Shown here piece after piece: positions 48,582 to 59,501 of a stretch of 64,000 nucleotides of DNA. A program made the position numbers and the translations under genes. Source of the DNA: Cyanophora paradoxa CCMP329. Lineage: Eukaryota > Plantae > Glaucophyta. The stretch spans positions 1-64,000 of the forward strand of contig QPMI01000063.1 in assembly GCA_004431415.1 (NCBI GenBank), in the 5' to 3' direction. Positions within the stretch are counted from its first letter, which is position 1. Each line of letters opens with the position of its first letter. The notes beneath the pieces were generated by a model that saw only the letters and a list, made by a program, of their open reading frames with translations, had not been told where the DNA came from and ran no database searches.

Positions 48582-48798
48582 AGGCAGCAATTCGGGTCAG
48601 CAGCAGCAGCAGCAGTAGCTTGCACGTCCCTCAGAAATCGGTCCGTTAACAAATATTAATACCATGACAAGCCGCAATTCGGGACCGATCAGATCTCGCA
48701 AACCGCTACTGCCGGCGCCGCTGGCTTCCCGCCCCGCAGCCGATCGCAAGCGCAAGCCAAAGGGGGAATCGAGTGTGAGCCCAGCGGCTCTGATCCGG

Positions 48799-49850
48799 TC
48801 AGCGGCGGCCCTGCAGGGCCCCTGAGACGTACTGCTCCATGAAGGCGCAGGCCTGGCCTTGGAGCTCGGCGGCCGCGTCAACGTAGGCCTCGGACGTGGC
48901 GCTACGATGCGACCAGCGGCCGTGCGTGTCGAGGAGCCGCTTTGGGGCGCCCCCGAGGGCTGCCCAGGTCGGGCCCGTGTGGCGGAACGAGTGCGAAGAG
49001 TAGTCTCCGGCGTCGAGGCCGAGGGACGTGGCGATCCGCTTGGGGAGGACGTTGATGTAGGTGTAGGAGAGTGCCTCGCCGGCCCCCCACGCCTTGGCGA
49101 ACAGGGGCACCTCCTGGCCGCGCTCGACCGGCGAGAAATGGGCGAGGTAGCGGCGGAGTGCGCGGGCTGGGTCGAGAGGGCCGAGCGAGGGCATGTCGGA
49201 GATGGCGACGAGCCTCGCGCCGAGGCGGCCGACGTCGTCCGCATCGCGGCCCCGTCGGGCCTGGTTGGTCTTGTCGGCGCGAATGACGAGGGCGAGGCCG
49301 GGGCGCGTCGCGCCGCGTGTCTGGGCCTCCGCCACGTCGCAGCGGCGCAGGCGTTGGGCGTCGTCGTAGCGGAGGAAGCCGAAGGTCATGGTCAAGACGA
49401 GGGCCAGGTCGCGATGCTGAACGAAGGTGCCCCGCTGCATAAAATCGTCCGTGCGGAGCCAGGCCTCGATCTGCTCCGGGAAGAAGGCCTTCGCCTTCTC
49501 CTCCGCCCGCTGCGTCTGGGCCTGCAGGCCGCGCAGGGTTCGGGCCGAGGTGGCGCTGTCGGGCAAGGGACGGCCGAGACGCTCGAGGTGCGCCTTGATC
49601 CCGGAGAGGGCCTTGCGAATCGTGCTCCACTGCTTGCCCTCGAGGCCGAGGGCCGCCGCGTACATGTGGACCGACTCCACGCCATGCGGCTCGCAGCCCA
49701 CCTCCTCGCAGAAGGCGCAAAATTTGGCGTAGGCACGGCGGTAGTCCTCGCCGGTGCCCGCGCTCACGGCGTGCGTCGGCCACTCGTGGACGAGCGCCGC
49801 GAGCTCCTCCCGGCGCCGCGCCCCGGCGGCGCCGGCGCCGCCATGGCCAG
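48799..49850 (-). CDS. Tyrosine recombinase (start undefined; open frame extends to 50853 overlapping RT-RH)
   Basis: SAM-like TGEDYRRAYAKFCAFC; catalytic set GFLR, DKTNQ, HSFR, HGRW, EAYV. Confidence 0.92.
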
Positions 49851-49886
49851 ACGCGGCAGCGGCCACGGCTGAGGGGGCCGGGGAGG

Positions 49887-52439
49887 CTACGGTCGGGGGC
49901 CCGCGCGGGCCCACGGGTTCGGAGGCAGGGGCCCGCCCGGTGGGGCCGGCGCCGACGTCGATGGCGCCGTGGGAATCGGCGGCTGAGCGAAATCCCCGGT
50001 GGCCGACCGGCGCCCAGCCGGCGGCACCTGGGAGGGGCCAGGCCGGCCAGGTGCCGGCGGGCCATGGGGCCGGAAGGAGGTGGACGGCGGGGGCGGGAAT
50101 ATAGCCTCCGCCGAATCCGCCTGCGCGGCCAGCTCGGCCGTCAGCGACTCGGCCGGCGCCGGGGCGCAGAGCCACAGGGGCCAAGGGGAGCGGCCTAGCC
50201 CCACGGCCCCTTTTCCGCCCGACGCGTAGAAGAGGTGACGGGGGGCCCAGTCTTGCGGCAGGGGGGCCAGGAGCCGGCCATGCTCCGAGGCGGCGGCCCG
50301 CAGCGCGCCCCAGTCCGCGGCGGAGGGCTGGCGCTGCACGAGCCAGATGATGGGGCCGCGGGCTGACCGCCCGTTCTCCACCATCCAGTTGAGGAAGCGG
50401 GGGCGGAGCTGCCAGTCCACAGTTACCACCGCGCCGCCGGGTGGAAGGTCGGCGAGGAAGGGGGCGGCGTGGCGCGAGTTGACGTGGACGTGGGGGAGGT
50501 CCGCCTTGCGCCGCCCGAGGGCCAGCGCCGCGAGGCGTCGCCGCAGCCCCGAGTTGAGGGTGGGGGCGGAGGCCCGGGAGCCGGCGTCCGCGACGATGTT
50601 GTCGACGCCGCGCACGTGGACGGCCTCCAGCGTCACGCCCGCTTCGATGCATGCGCTGAAGAGGCGGAGGGCCAGGTCCATCATGCCCTCGACCAGGCTG
50701 CCGCGCAGCGCTGCTGCGACCGCCGAGCCGTTGTCCACGCGTGCGACGACGTGGCTGCCGCGGGGCAGCAGGGGGAACAGCTCCGTCGCCGCGATGAGGA
50801 CGGCGCGGAGCTCCCGCCAGCAGTTGTCCTCGGCGGCGATGCTGGGCGGCCACTCGCCGAAGACACTGCGAAACTCGCGGCTCGCCAGCGCGAGTGGCTC
50901 GGGCGTCGCCTCGAAGTCCAGGGCGGCGCAGTAGCCCGTCTTGGACGAGTCGGTGAAGAGGCGATACGCGCGAGAGGGGCGCCAGATCGGGGCCGGCGGG
51001 GCGCTCGGGAGATAGTCCAGCAGCCAGGAAATGACCTGCCGCTGGAGAGGCCCGAGGGGCACACGAGCCCGGGGGTTTCCCCCTGCCGCCTCGGCCTGGG
51101 CGACGGCCGCCGTGAGGGGCCGCGAAACGAGCGCCGCCCCGACGAAGGCGTGCCGGGCCGCGTTAAGCGAGCCAGCTATCCGCTGCAAGTCGACGGCGGG
51201 CGCCTCGCCGGCCCCCCGCAGGGGCTCGAGGACCGCCAGGAGCTTGGCCAGTTTCTTCGCGGGCAGGAAGCAGACGCCGGCGGCGGTGTCGAGCCCGAGG
51301 CCCAGGTATTCTCGAAGTTGGGAGGGCAAAAAATCGGACTTGTCGGAGAAGGTGATGCCGAGCAGCACACCGACGTGTTGAAGGTGCTGCGAGACGAGGA
51401 CTGCCTCCTCGTAGGTGGGGCAGATGAAGAGGCCGTCGTCGAGGTAGGTGCAGAGGAGGACTCCCAGCGCCAGCCAGTACTTGGCGAAGGCGCGCATGAC
51501 CTTCGTGAAGATGTAGCACGCGGCGGCGACGCCGAAAGGAAGGGCCTGGTAGACGTAGTAGTTGGTGACGCCGTCGATCGTCCACTTGAAGGCGAGTATG
51601 CAGGCCGTCGTTACGCAAAGGGCTATGTGGTAGTACCCCTTGCGGAGGTCGTAGGAGACGAGCCAGCATCCCGGGTACCGCCGGAGGAGCTCGAGGACCT
51701 GGTCGAGCGTCTGGTAGCGGAAGGAGCGCAGGTGGATGTAGCGGTTGATGCGCGTCGCGTCGAGGCAGAGCCGGAACTTGTCGGCGCCCTTCTTGCCGAC
51801 GGTGTGCAGCGCGGCGACATGGAGCGGTGGCGGCTCGTAGGGCCGCACTTTCCGCACGACGCCCATAGCGACCATGCTCTTCTGCGGGTTCCGCTCGACC
51901 TCGGCATCGACGAAAGCGCGGTGCTCCGGCGTCGCGTAGCACGATGGCCGGGGTTCCTCCTCGAATGCCGGTATGTCCGCGGGGGTGATGGCTTGCGAGG
52001 GATGCCACGGATCCCGCGGTTCATACTTGTCGGCGTCGCGCAGGGCGAACCGCGCGCCGTGGTGCAGGATGAGGCTCACGCGGGCGGGCAGTGTCGTCCC
52101 GGCCTTGCGGAACTGGGTGCGCCACGCCGGTGCGTACTTGCGGAACTGGCCCGCCCGGAACGCCGCTTCGTGTGCCTTGAAGTCGTACGGCGGTGGCGGC
52201 CCGTGCTCACGGACGAAGGCGCGCAGGCGGTCGAGGTGGGCGCCCCCCGTGCCGGGCGGTGCCAAGGCGTTCGACGAGGAGAGGGCGACCAGGCTGAGCT
52301 TGGGGCCGTTCGCCGGCGGGGGAAGCTCGCTTGCGGTGGCGTCTTCTCGGCGCGCGCGAGCTGGTGCGGGCTCCTGCGCGTCCGCGCCCGCTGTGCGCGC
52401 CCGTTTGACGGCGGGCTGCAGGTTCGGTTCGGACTCCAT
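49887..52439 (-). CDS. Reverse transcriptase - RNase H polyprotein
   Basis: KFRLCLD, YDLRKGYYHI, ALPFG, YLDD, YLGL; RNase H FTDSS, RELRAV, VDN, HVRGVDNIVADAGSR. Confidence 0.95.
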   Translation of the reverse strand: MESEPNLQPAVKRARTAGADAQEPAPARARREDATASELPPPANGPKLSLVALSSSNALAPPGTGGAHLDRLRAFVREHGPPPPYDFKAHEAAFRAGQFRKYAPAWRTQFRKAGTTLPARVSLILHHGARFALRDADKYEPRDPWHPSQAITPADIPAFEEEPRPSCYATPEHRAFVDAEVERNPQKSMVAMGVVRKVRPYEPPPLHVAALHTVGKKGADKFRLCLDATRINRYIHLRSFRYQTLDQVLELLRRYPGCWLVSYDLRKGYYHIALCVTTACILAFKWTIDGVTNYYVYQALPFGVAAACYIFTKVMRAFAKYWLALGVLLCTYLDDGLFICPTYEEAVLVSQHLQHVGVLLGITFSDKSDFLPSQLREYLGLGLDTAAGVCFLPAKKLAKLLAVLEPLRGAGEAPAVDLQRIAGSLNAARHAFVGAALVSRPLTAAVAQAEAAGGNPRARVPLGPLQRQVISWLLDYLPSAPPAPIWRPSRAYRLFTDSSKTGYCAALDFEATPEPLALASREFRSVFGEWPPSIAAEDNCWRELRAVLIAATELFPLLPRGSHVVARVDNGSAVAAALRGSLVEGMMDLALRLFSACIEAGVTLEAVHVRGVDNIVADAGSRASAPTLNSGLRRRLAALALGRRKADLPHVHVNSRHAAPFLADLPPGGAVVTVDWQLRPRFLNWMVENGRSARGPIIWLVQRQPSAADWGALRAAASEHGRLLAPLPQDWAPRHLFYASGGKGAVGLGRSPWPLWLCAPAPAESLTAELAAQADSAEAIFPPPPSTSFRPHGPPAPGRPGPSQVPPAGRRSATGDFAQPPIPTAPSTSAPAPPGGPLPPNPWARAGPRP

Positions 52440-52860
52440 CGCTACTGCCCGCCAGGCTCGGTGTGTGGGTCAGCCTGCACGCGTCCTGGGTGAGCGGCGG
52501 CCGGGCGTCGCTCCGCGCGCGGCCCCTAACTTAATAACTGAATGCAGGAGCGGGGAGGAGGCCATGCAACGGAGGCTCACTGCGCCGCCCGCCCCCTCCT
52601 GGCCCCGCCCTCGAGTTGCCCCGCCCTCGGCGTGCATGCGAGCGGCTCTTAATATAATCGAGTTGCCCGGCCTCCCCCGCTTGCGTCAACACGCCCGGGA
52701 AAAGCAGCAACTGAATTATAAATGGGCCCGGCCAGCGCCAGAACCACAGAACAAGACGTCTCCCCGGGCCTGCCGCCGCGGCAGAGTACCCGGGGTGGCG
52801 GGGGGGTACGGCGCGCGGGGGGGTACGATGACGCTGCCCCTCGCGTCCGCCGCCCTGCCT

Positions 52861-54771
52861 TCAGTTGCCCTTGCCGCCCTTGGCCGCCGGCTTGCCGCCG
52901 CGGGGCGGCGAACGTTCGCGGGCCGGGGACCGTCGGCGCGGCGGCGAGCGGTCGCGGGCGGGGGAGCGGTCGCGGGCGGGGGAGCGGCCGCGGGCGGGCG
53001 AGCGGTCCTTGCCGCGAGAGCGGGCCTTGCCGCCGGCGCCGCCGGAGGTGCCAGAGGACCCGCTGCCGCCGGAGCCGCCAGAGCCGCCGCCGACGCGCGC
53101 CGTGCCGAGGCGGTCGAGGTCAACTGCGCGAGAGACGACAGGGGCGAAGTAAGGGGGGGCCTCGGGCGGGCACGCGGGCGACTTGTCGGCGCCCTGTGTG
53201 CGCGAGGCCGCGGCCATGCCCGTACCCGGAGCAGAGGGCTCCACGGCGCTCAGACCGCGCTCCTTGCCCTTGGGCGCCGCCAGCTTCGCCAGGTAGTCGA
53301 GGACGGCGCCCGGCTCGGCCTCGTGCGAAGGCGGCATGACGGCCGCGGCGAGCTTGTTGGTGGAGCTGGAGCGGGGGCGGGCGAGGAGGGGAAGGTCATC
53401 CTGGAGGAGCGCCGTCTTGTCGGTCAGCGCCTCCATGGGCAGCTTCCCGCCGGCGGACTCCGCCGTGCGGCGGAGGGTCTGCACGGCGCGGTTGCCGCGG
53501 ATCAGGGCGCCGGCCGCCGGCGTCGTGGGCTCGAGCTTCTCTTCGAGCTTAGTCAAGTGGCCCGGCGGGGTGGGAACGGCGCGGGGGGCGGAGGAGGCGC
53601 CGGCGCCGGTGGTCGGGTCGCCGGCCAGGTTGCGGACCAGCGCGACCTCCGTCTGCACGAGGCGGAATGGGTGAAGGGCCGCGGCGGCGAGGGCCTCGGC
53701 CTTCGCCGCCTTCCCCGCGGCGTGCAGGGCGAGCGCGCCCTGGAGGGCGACGCACAGCATGAACTGGGCGGCGCCGTAGGTCCGCGCCATCGCCTCCCAG
53801 CAGGCCAGCGCCATGTGGAAGGCGCCCGACGCCTGGACCGCCCGGAGGGCGTCCTTCACGGCGGGGTCAGCAAGCCGCGAGAGGATGCCCTCCGGCACAT
53901 GCCCCACCAGCGCCATCCGCGCGCGCGTGAGCTGGTCGGCGGGGCGGACGTCGAGGAGGGCAAGGTCGACGCTGAAGCCGTCGAGGATCGCCTTGACGCC
54001 CTCCTCCGACGCCATGTCGCGGATGCTCCACGGGGCCGGGCTGCGGGAGCGGGAGCGGCGGCGGCGGCGGTCGGGGGAGGGGGAGCGGCTGCGGGAGCGG
54101 CTGGGGGAGCGGGAGCGGCTGCGGGAGCGGCTGCGGTCGGCGGAACGGCCGCGGGAGCGGCTGCGGGAGCGGGAACGGCTGCGCCGGCGCCGCTTCTTGC
54201 CGCGGGCTGGTGAGCGGCGGGCCTTCTTCGTGTCGCCCGTCTGCTGCTCGCGATCACGCTGCTGCCGCAGCCGCTCGCGGCCGATGGCCAGGAGGGAGTC
54301 GAGGACCTCCCCCGGCTCGTCGCCCGAGAGGCCGCCCGCGCGGAACAGCCCCTCGAGCGGCGTGCGGAGGCTGTCGGCGCCGGCGTCCGGCAGCGGCAGC
54401 GGGGTGCGGGCGGGCTGGGTGATGAGGGCGAGGGAGGCACCGGCGGCGGGCGAGGCGGTGGGGGCGCCCGTCGCCGAGGCGCCGGCGAGCTGGGCAAGGA
54501 GGGCCGCCATGGGAGCGTTGAAGCGCGGGTTCGGCTCGCCGGCGAGGGCACCCTCGAGTGTGCCGAGGAGGCCGCCGCCGAAGTGGGTGTGGTCGTGCCC
54601 GGGGAGGAAGGCCGTCCAGTCCAGCTCCAGCATGCGGCCGGACCCGAGCGCCTCGCGCACCGGCCGCATGCGGGCGTCCTTCATGGCGGCCCGGAAGCGC
54701 GCGGGGAAGGCCGGGTCGGACGGCTCGAAGCCGAAGGGGAAGGCCAGGCAGCGGGCGATCGCCCACTCCAT
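52861..54771 (-). CDS. ORF1 (Gag-like) with RS domain
   Basis: 636-codon ORF upstream of RT inside the element; RS dipeptide tract and RSP repeats. Confidence 0.75.
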   Translation of the reverse strand: MEWAIARCLAFPFGFEPSDPAFPARFRAAMKDARMRPVREALGSGRMLELDWTAFLPGHDHTHFGGGLLGTLEGALAGEPNPRFNAPMAALLAQLAGASATGAPTASPAAGASLALITQPARTPLPLPDAGADSLRTPLEGLFRAGGLSGDEPGEVLDSLLAIGRERLRQQRDREQQTGDTKKARRSPARGKKRRRRSRSRSRSRSRGRSADRSRSRSRSRSPSRSRSRSPSPDRRRRRSRSRSPAPWSIRDMASEEGVKAILDGFSVDLALLDVRPADQLTRARMALVGHVPEGILSRLADPAVKDALRAVQASGAFHMALACWEAMARTYGAAQFMLCVALQGALALHAAGKAAKAEALAAAALHPFRLVQTEVALVRNLAGDPTTGAGASSAPRAVPTPPGHLTKLEEKLEPTTPAAGALIRGNRAVQTLRRTAESAGGKLPMEALTDKTALLQDDLPLLARPRSSSTNKLAAAVMPPSHEAEPGAVLDYLAKLAAPKGKERGLSAVEPSAPGTGMAAASRTQGADKSPACPPEAPPYFAPVVSRAVDLDRLGTARVGGGSGGSGGSGSSGTSGGAGGKARSRGKDRSPARGRSPARDRSPARDRSPPRRRSPARERSPPRGGKPAAKGGKGN

Positions 54772-54814
54772 CGAGTCGCGCGGGGCGGCGGCGATGACGA
54801 CCTCGTAGGTGAGG

Positions 54815-55402
54815 TCAGGAAAAACGGCCGAGGAGGAGGGCCACTAGGCGCGCGATGGCGGACCGCACGCCCAGGGCGATGGTCTTGCCGCGCTCGACGG
54901 CGGCGGGGTCTGAGGCGGCCGGGAGCTCGGCGCGCCGGTGGAACACGAGCGCGCCGTCGCCGCGCGCGACAGTCGTCTCCAGATCTTCGAGGATGCGGCG
55001 CTGGGGTCCCCGCGACCACACGCAGCGCCCCTCCTCGTCGATCGTGAGGACAACGGGCTCGGCGCCGCCTTCAGCGACCGCCGGCGCCGTGAAGGTGAAA
55101 AGCGCGCCGTCGAGGCCGTACGTCGGAATCGACATGATCGTGCCTTCCAGCGGCCGCTCGTCTGGCGCGAGCCGCGTGGCGTTGGTGTCGCCGTCGAGGC
55201 GGCCGCAGAGGAGCGCGTGCACCGCGCTCGCGGTGAGGTCCTTCGGGAGCCGCTCCTTCCGCTCGCGGCAGCGGCCACCGTACAGAACCAGCAGGTCTGC
55301 GTGCGGCGGAAGCGGGTGCGCGTAAGATGTCGCGTCCGTCGTCGGCACGGGCGCTCCCCGCCCCGGCGTGCTATGCGCGGCTCCGCGGCCCCGGGCCCGC
55401 AA
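54815..55402 (-). CDS. ORF1 N-terminal part (ORF1a), joined to ORF1 by a +1 shift
   Basis: Protein-like ORF ending TTT TCC TGA; the +1 frame (DLTYEVVIAAAPRDS) is open into ORF 52861..54771. Confidence 0.55.
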   Translation of the reverse strand: MRARGRGAAHSTPGRGAPVPTTDATSYAHPLPPHADLLVLYGGRCRERKERLPKDLTASAVHALLCGRLDGDTNATRLAPDERPLEGTIMSIPTYGLDGALFTFTAPAVAEGGAEPVVLTIDEEGRCVWSRGPQRRILEDLETTVARGDGALVFHRRAELPAASDPAAVERGKTIALGVRSAIARLVALLLGRFS

Positions 55403-55703
55403 TGTCCACTATGGCCCGGGAGCCATCTTCGGCGCCTGCAGCCCGGAGGCCAGGCCGCCGGCACTCTTCGGAATCTTCGAGAGCCTGCAGCTGGATGCCG
55501 AAGGGAGGAGACGGGAGGTCCGCGGACGACGTCCGACGGAACGTGATGGCCGTCCGGAGCGTGGGGAAGGGGGCCGGAAGTTGCCTAAGGCGCGACCCCT
55601 ATCCCCGTCGCAACCGAATCAGCGCACTCACCGTAACCGGCAAAGAACGTGTCCGAGAGTGGATTGCGCCCGTCGCTCATGCTGCTGCTGCTCTGGCAAT
55701 AGC

Positions 55704-55908
55704 CGGCGAAGACGCTGGAAGCCTCGCTCTAGGTAGCGAGGACAGGGAACAAAGACTGGAGGGGTACAGCTTGCGCAGTCTAGGGCTGTACTCAGCGCGA
55801 GATCGAGGGCCGGAGTTCGAGCGGCGCGGGACGCCCGGCTCGCACCCTCCGCCCGGTCTCGCTTGAAGAAAGCTGGTTACTCTCACGCTCTGCTGGAGTA
55901 ACCCTTCA
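55704..55908 (-). repeat. Split direct repeat A1 (205 bp)
   Basis: Matches 48026..48230. Confidence 0.95.
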
Positions 55909-56541
55909 AGCCGCCTTGCCAACTTGCCAATGAGTCAATTCTGACCGAAGGGAAGAAGAGACCAGAGGCTATACTGCCGACTCGTGACCCGTTAATCGAG
56001 TAGTACCTGCTTCCATCCAATAGTGTTCAAGGAGTACCTGTCGGACTTTCGAGGTGTCGTGATTACCGATTGATGAAAGCTCTGGTAACTGCAGTAGCGA
56101 TTGTTAAAAGCTCCGTAAGGACGTACGATTGAAACGAGATTCTGCCGGGGTACGTGTTTGTGTAAAAGCTCCGTAACATGGTCCTAGCCGGGTCTTAGCT
56201 GACTTGGTGCTTGCGTGTGGGCAAGCGTCTGTGCGGTATGCTGGCCGTCGCGATCGATCGCAAGGCCTTGGATATTTCTTCTATGGATGTTAGCAAGTGC
56301 GCTGAGCGTGCTTCCACATCGGCCCTGAGCTAGGATGGAGGTTTTCGCGATCGGCGATCGCGACCTGATGTATTCTGTACCCCCCGCGTATGTCTGTACC
56401 CCCTGTTGTCGATTAATCATAACGTTTCCGGATCCGGATTACCCGAACATTACGTTTTCTTGTTAACACCCGACGTTTCTTGTTCAAAAGTTACGTTTTT
56501 AATTTGTTTTGTTAACGCGTACGTTTCTTGTTAACACCGGG

Positions 56542-56797
56542 TACCCGATCGGCCCGGCGGATAACAATTCCTACCAAACGTAGATCAAACGCGAGCCGAG
56601 CGGGCGCGCAGCGACCGCGAGGGGAGCCCATTAACGTTTCTTAAAAAGCTTGTAGACGTTAACGTTGCCGGATTACCCGACTGGCCCGGCGGATAACAAT
56701 TCTTACCGAACGGTTAACGTTAACGTTAACGTTATAACCAGTATAACTAATTCAAGTCGCGACCCGAGCGGGCGCGCAGCGCCCGCGAGGGGAGCGA
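56542..56797 (+). repeat. Two imperfect direct repeats, each ending in a GC hairpin
   Basis: TACCCGA..GGCCCGGCGGATAACAATTC and CCGAGCGGGCGCGCAGCG.CCGCGAGGGGAGC each occur twice. Confidence 0.75.
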
Positions 56798-57162
56798 CCG
56801 TCCGTCGGTCGGAGACTCGGATCCGGAGTACCGTACGTAGTACTACGGTACGTACTAGTACTACTACGGTACTAGCCTAGTAGTCTGTCGGACTACCTTA
56901 CGTGGCCTAGTAGTATACGTACTAGTACTATAGTAGTAGTCCGCTACTAGCTATATTTACTATTTAGTCTACTAGTACTAGTAGTACGTATATACTAGCT
57001 ATAGGCTAGGCAGCTTATCCGAATATTAATAATCCGATCCGATGATCAATCGCGCTAGCTATATATATATATATATTGTTACCCGCTTCGGTTTCCGTGG
57101 TCCGTTCGGACGTGGACCAGAATCTAACCCGAGGCTGCACTGCCACCGGCAGGACTGTTTAT

Positions 57163-57724
57163 TTTATAAAAGGAAGGACCTATCGACAAAAGAGCCGACC
57201 TATCGTGATCCAGGAAGTACTTTGTTTTTTATCAGAAGGCCTCTTAAGAGGACCAGGGTATCCGGCGTGACGGCTCGCGACGTCAACGTCGACTCGACGA
57301 CCGTGACGAGTCTTACGACCCCGAAACCCGGACCTAAGAGGTTTGGGGGTACATACAACTCACGCCAGCTGTCTTGCAAGCTGCGCATCCATGCGCCGCT
57401 GCTGCACTGCGGCTGCAGTGCTGGAATCAGCAGCTGGATCAAGAGCTTTATAAAAGGAAGGACCTATCGACAAAAGAGCCGACCTATCGTGATCCAGGAA
57501 GTACTTTGTTTTTTATCAGAAGGCCTCTTAAGAGGACCAGGGTATCCGGCGTGACGGCTCGCGACGTCAACGTCGACTCGACGACCGTGACGAGTCTTAC
57601 GACCCCGAAACCCGGACCTAAGAGGTTTGGGGGTACATACAACTCACGCCAGCTGTCTTGCAAGCTGCGCATCCATGCGCCGCTGCTGCACTGCGGCTGC
57701 AGTGCTGGAATCAGCAGCTGGATC
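57163..57724 (+). repeat. Tandem duplication of 278 bp (57163..57440, 57447..57724)
   Basis: Apparently identical copies separated by AAGAGC. Confidence 0.92.
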
Positions 57725-59501
57725 TAGATTCTAGAAGCCCAAGCCCCAGACCGTCGGACTCTGCCAGGCTGAGAGGCGCTACCGTAGTATTACCGGTAGG
57801 CGGCGGTAGCGCGCGCTGATCATGAGCCGCTGACATGCGCACATTGCGGCTAGCGCTGTACATGTGCACAGTACGATCATAGTATAGAGCTAGTGCAAGC
57901 GAGCAGCAGCTGCTGAGATAGAGCAAGCTGCGCAAGCCTACACTGTGACAGGCAGCGCAGGAGCCTCGGAGCCAGGCTCGCGCAGTGCGCAGTGCACGTG
58001 GGCCGTGGCCGCCTGAAAGTGTCGCCGTGTCGCCATCGTCGTCGTGTCGCTATCCCCTCCGTGCATGCAGTCACCGAGTCAACACATGCATGCGCATGCG
58101 CTAAAGCTTGCCGCGGCCGGTGATGCCGCAAAAGCGCATAGTTTGCGGCGTAAGGTGCAGCCACCCGCACGCGTGCCTCATTACAATAGAAGCGACAGCT
58201 CATAATCATGATCAGCCGCAGCTGTAGCATGCGCAGCGCTGGAACCGGCTGGGCCCCGCACGTTGACGAGAGTATCATGGCGTCGGTTGCGCGTGGGAGC
58301 TGCGCGTGGGTGCTGCCGCAGTCCCAGCCTGCAGCTGCTCATGGCTTGCACCTTGATCGCCCCCCCGGTGCGCGCGCGCTCCGAGCTTGAGCACGCCCGG
58401 CCCCTGGCAAGAGCTGGGCCGGCGCCCCAGCCGGCAAGCATGCGCATACACGCGCATGCGTAGCCGCGCTGTGGGGGGAGCAGGCCCTCTTTCACCGATG
58501 CCTGCAGCTGACGCACATGCGCAGCTAGCGCTGCAGAACAGGCGAGGGCGTGTACGGAGCTCGACTGCCTGTGCCCCGGCTCTGTCGAGGATGCTTCTCG
58601 AAGGTGCGCGCAGCGCGGGGCCCTCTTCGGAAGCGCTGCTGCGCTGTGCACGTGCAAGCCCTTGCGATCGCTCCTTGGAGCCTCGCTCGAGCTCGCTGGC
58701 CGTGAAGCAAGATCTAGGTCATTATCGAATTCCATTTTAGGCTAGCGTCGCGATCGGCCGAGGCCGCTGAGCTCAGCGGCGAGCTGTGGGCTCCTAATTG
58801 CTTTACCGATGGGCGATACCGCGCCGGGATGCAATTAGAACGCTATATACTCCCGCCTCTGCAATTCACTCTGGGCCTGCAGGCTAAGAAAGGCTCGCCG
58901 GAAGACCCCGTCCCCGTCGACGTCGCGGGTGCCAAGGAGGGCAGTTCGCGCTTTCGCACAGGCGCAGCGGGGCTCGAGCTCGGGGGAGAGCGACGCGGCG
59001 AGGGATTCGACTCTAGCTGCGCGTACATATGCAGCGGGCGCCGGCGCCAGCGTGCGCGTGAGCGTCCTGGCGCTCATCGTCGCGATGTTGTCAGCTGCGG
59101 CGCGCATCCACAATGTGCTCGGCGACGTGCGAGCACGGCTGCAGCTGCTCCCGGGCCGCGTCGACCTCGACGTGTCCCACCGGTGCCGCGGCCGCGGGCG
59201 TGCACCCCACGGCCGTCGCCGTGGGCATCGCCGGCAGCGAGGCGAGAGCTTATGCAGGAGCTCGAGCGCGGCAGCAGCCAGCGAAGCGCTCGCACCCCGA
59301 GCGATGCCCAGCACTAGTACTAGTATCAGATCTAGACGGGATGCCTCACGTTCACGGGGCATCCGGCCAGCGGACCGGCGGCTGCGAGCTGGCGCGCAAA
59401 GCGAAGCCCGACGTCTTCGCGATCGCGGTTGTTCGGCGGAGCAAACGGCTGCGGCTGCTCGCGATCGCCCAGTCGAAAGGGTTTCGCCAGCGCTCCAGCT
59501 G

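Larger units (their letters stand above)
47193..55908 (-). mobile_element. Tyrosine-recombinase retrotransposon (DIRS order, PAT/Ngaro-type split direct repeats), full length 8716 bp
   Basis: Sense-strand order A1-ORF1-RT/RNaseH-YR-B1-A2-spacer-B2; near-identical repeats; uninterrupted RT and YR frames. Confidence 0.93.

Noticed and set aside
56556-56702. GCGGATAACAATTC, matching half of the lac operator, twice
   Set aside because: Only a half site, embedded in a local repeat with no other vector sequence; treated as coincidence.
57725-59400. Possible gene between the tandem repeat and the LamG gene
   Set aside because: No recognisable motif or consistent exon chain.
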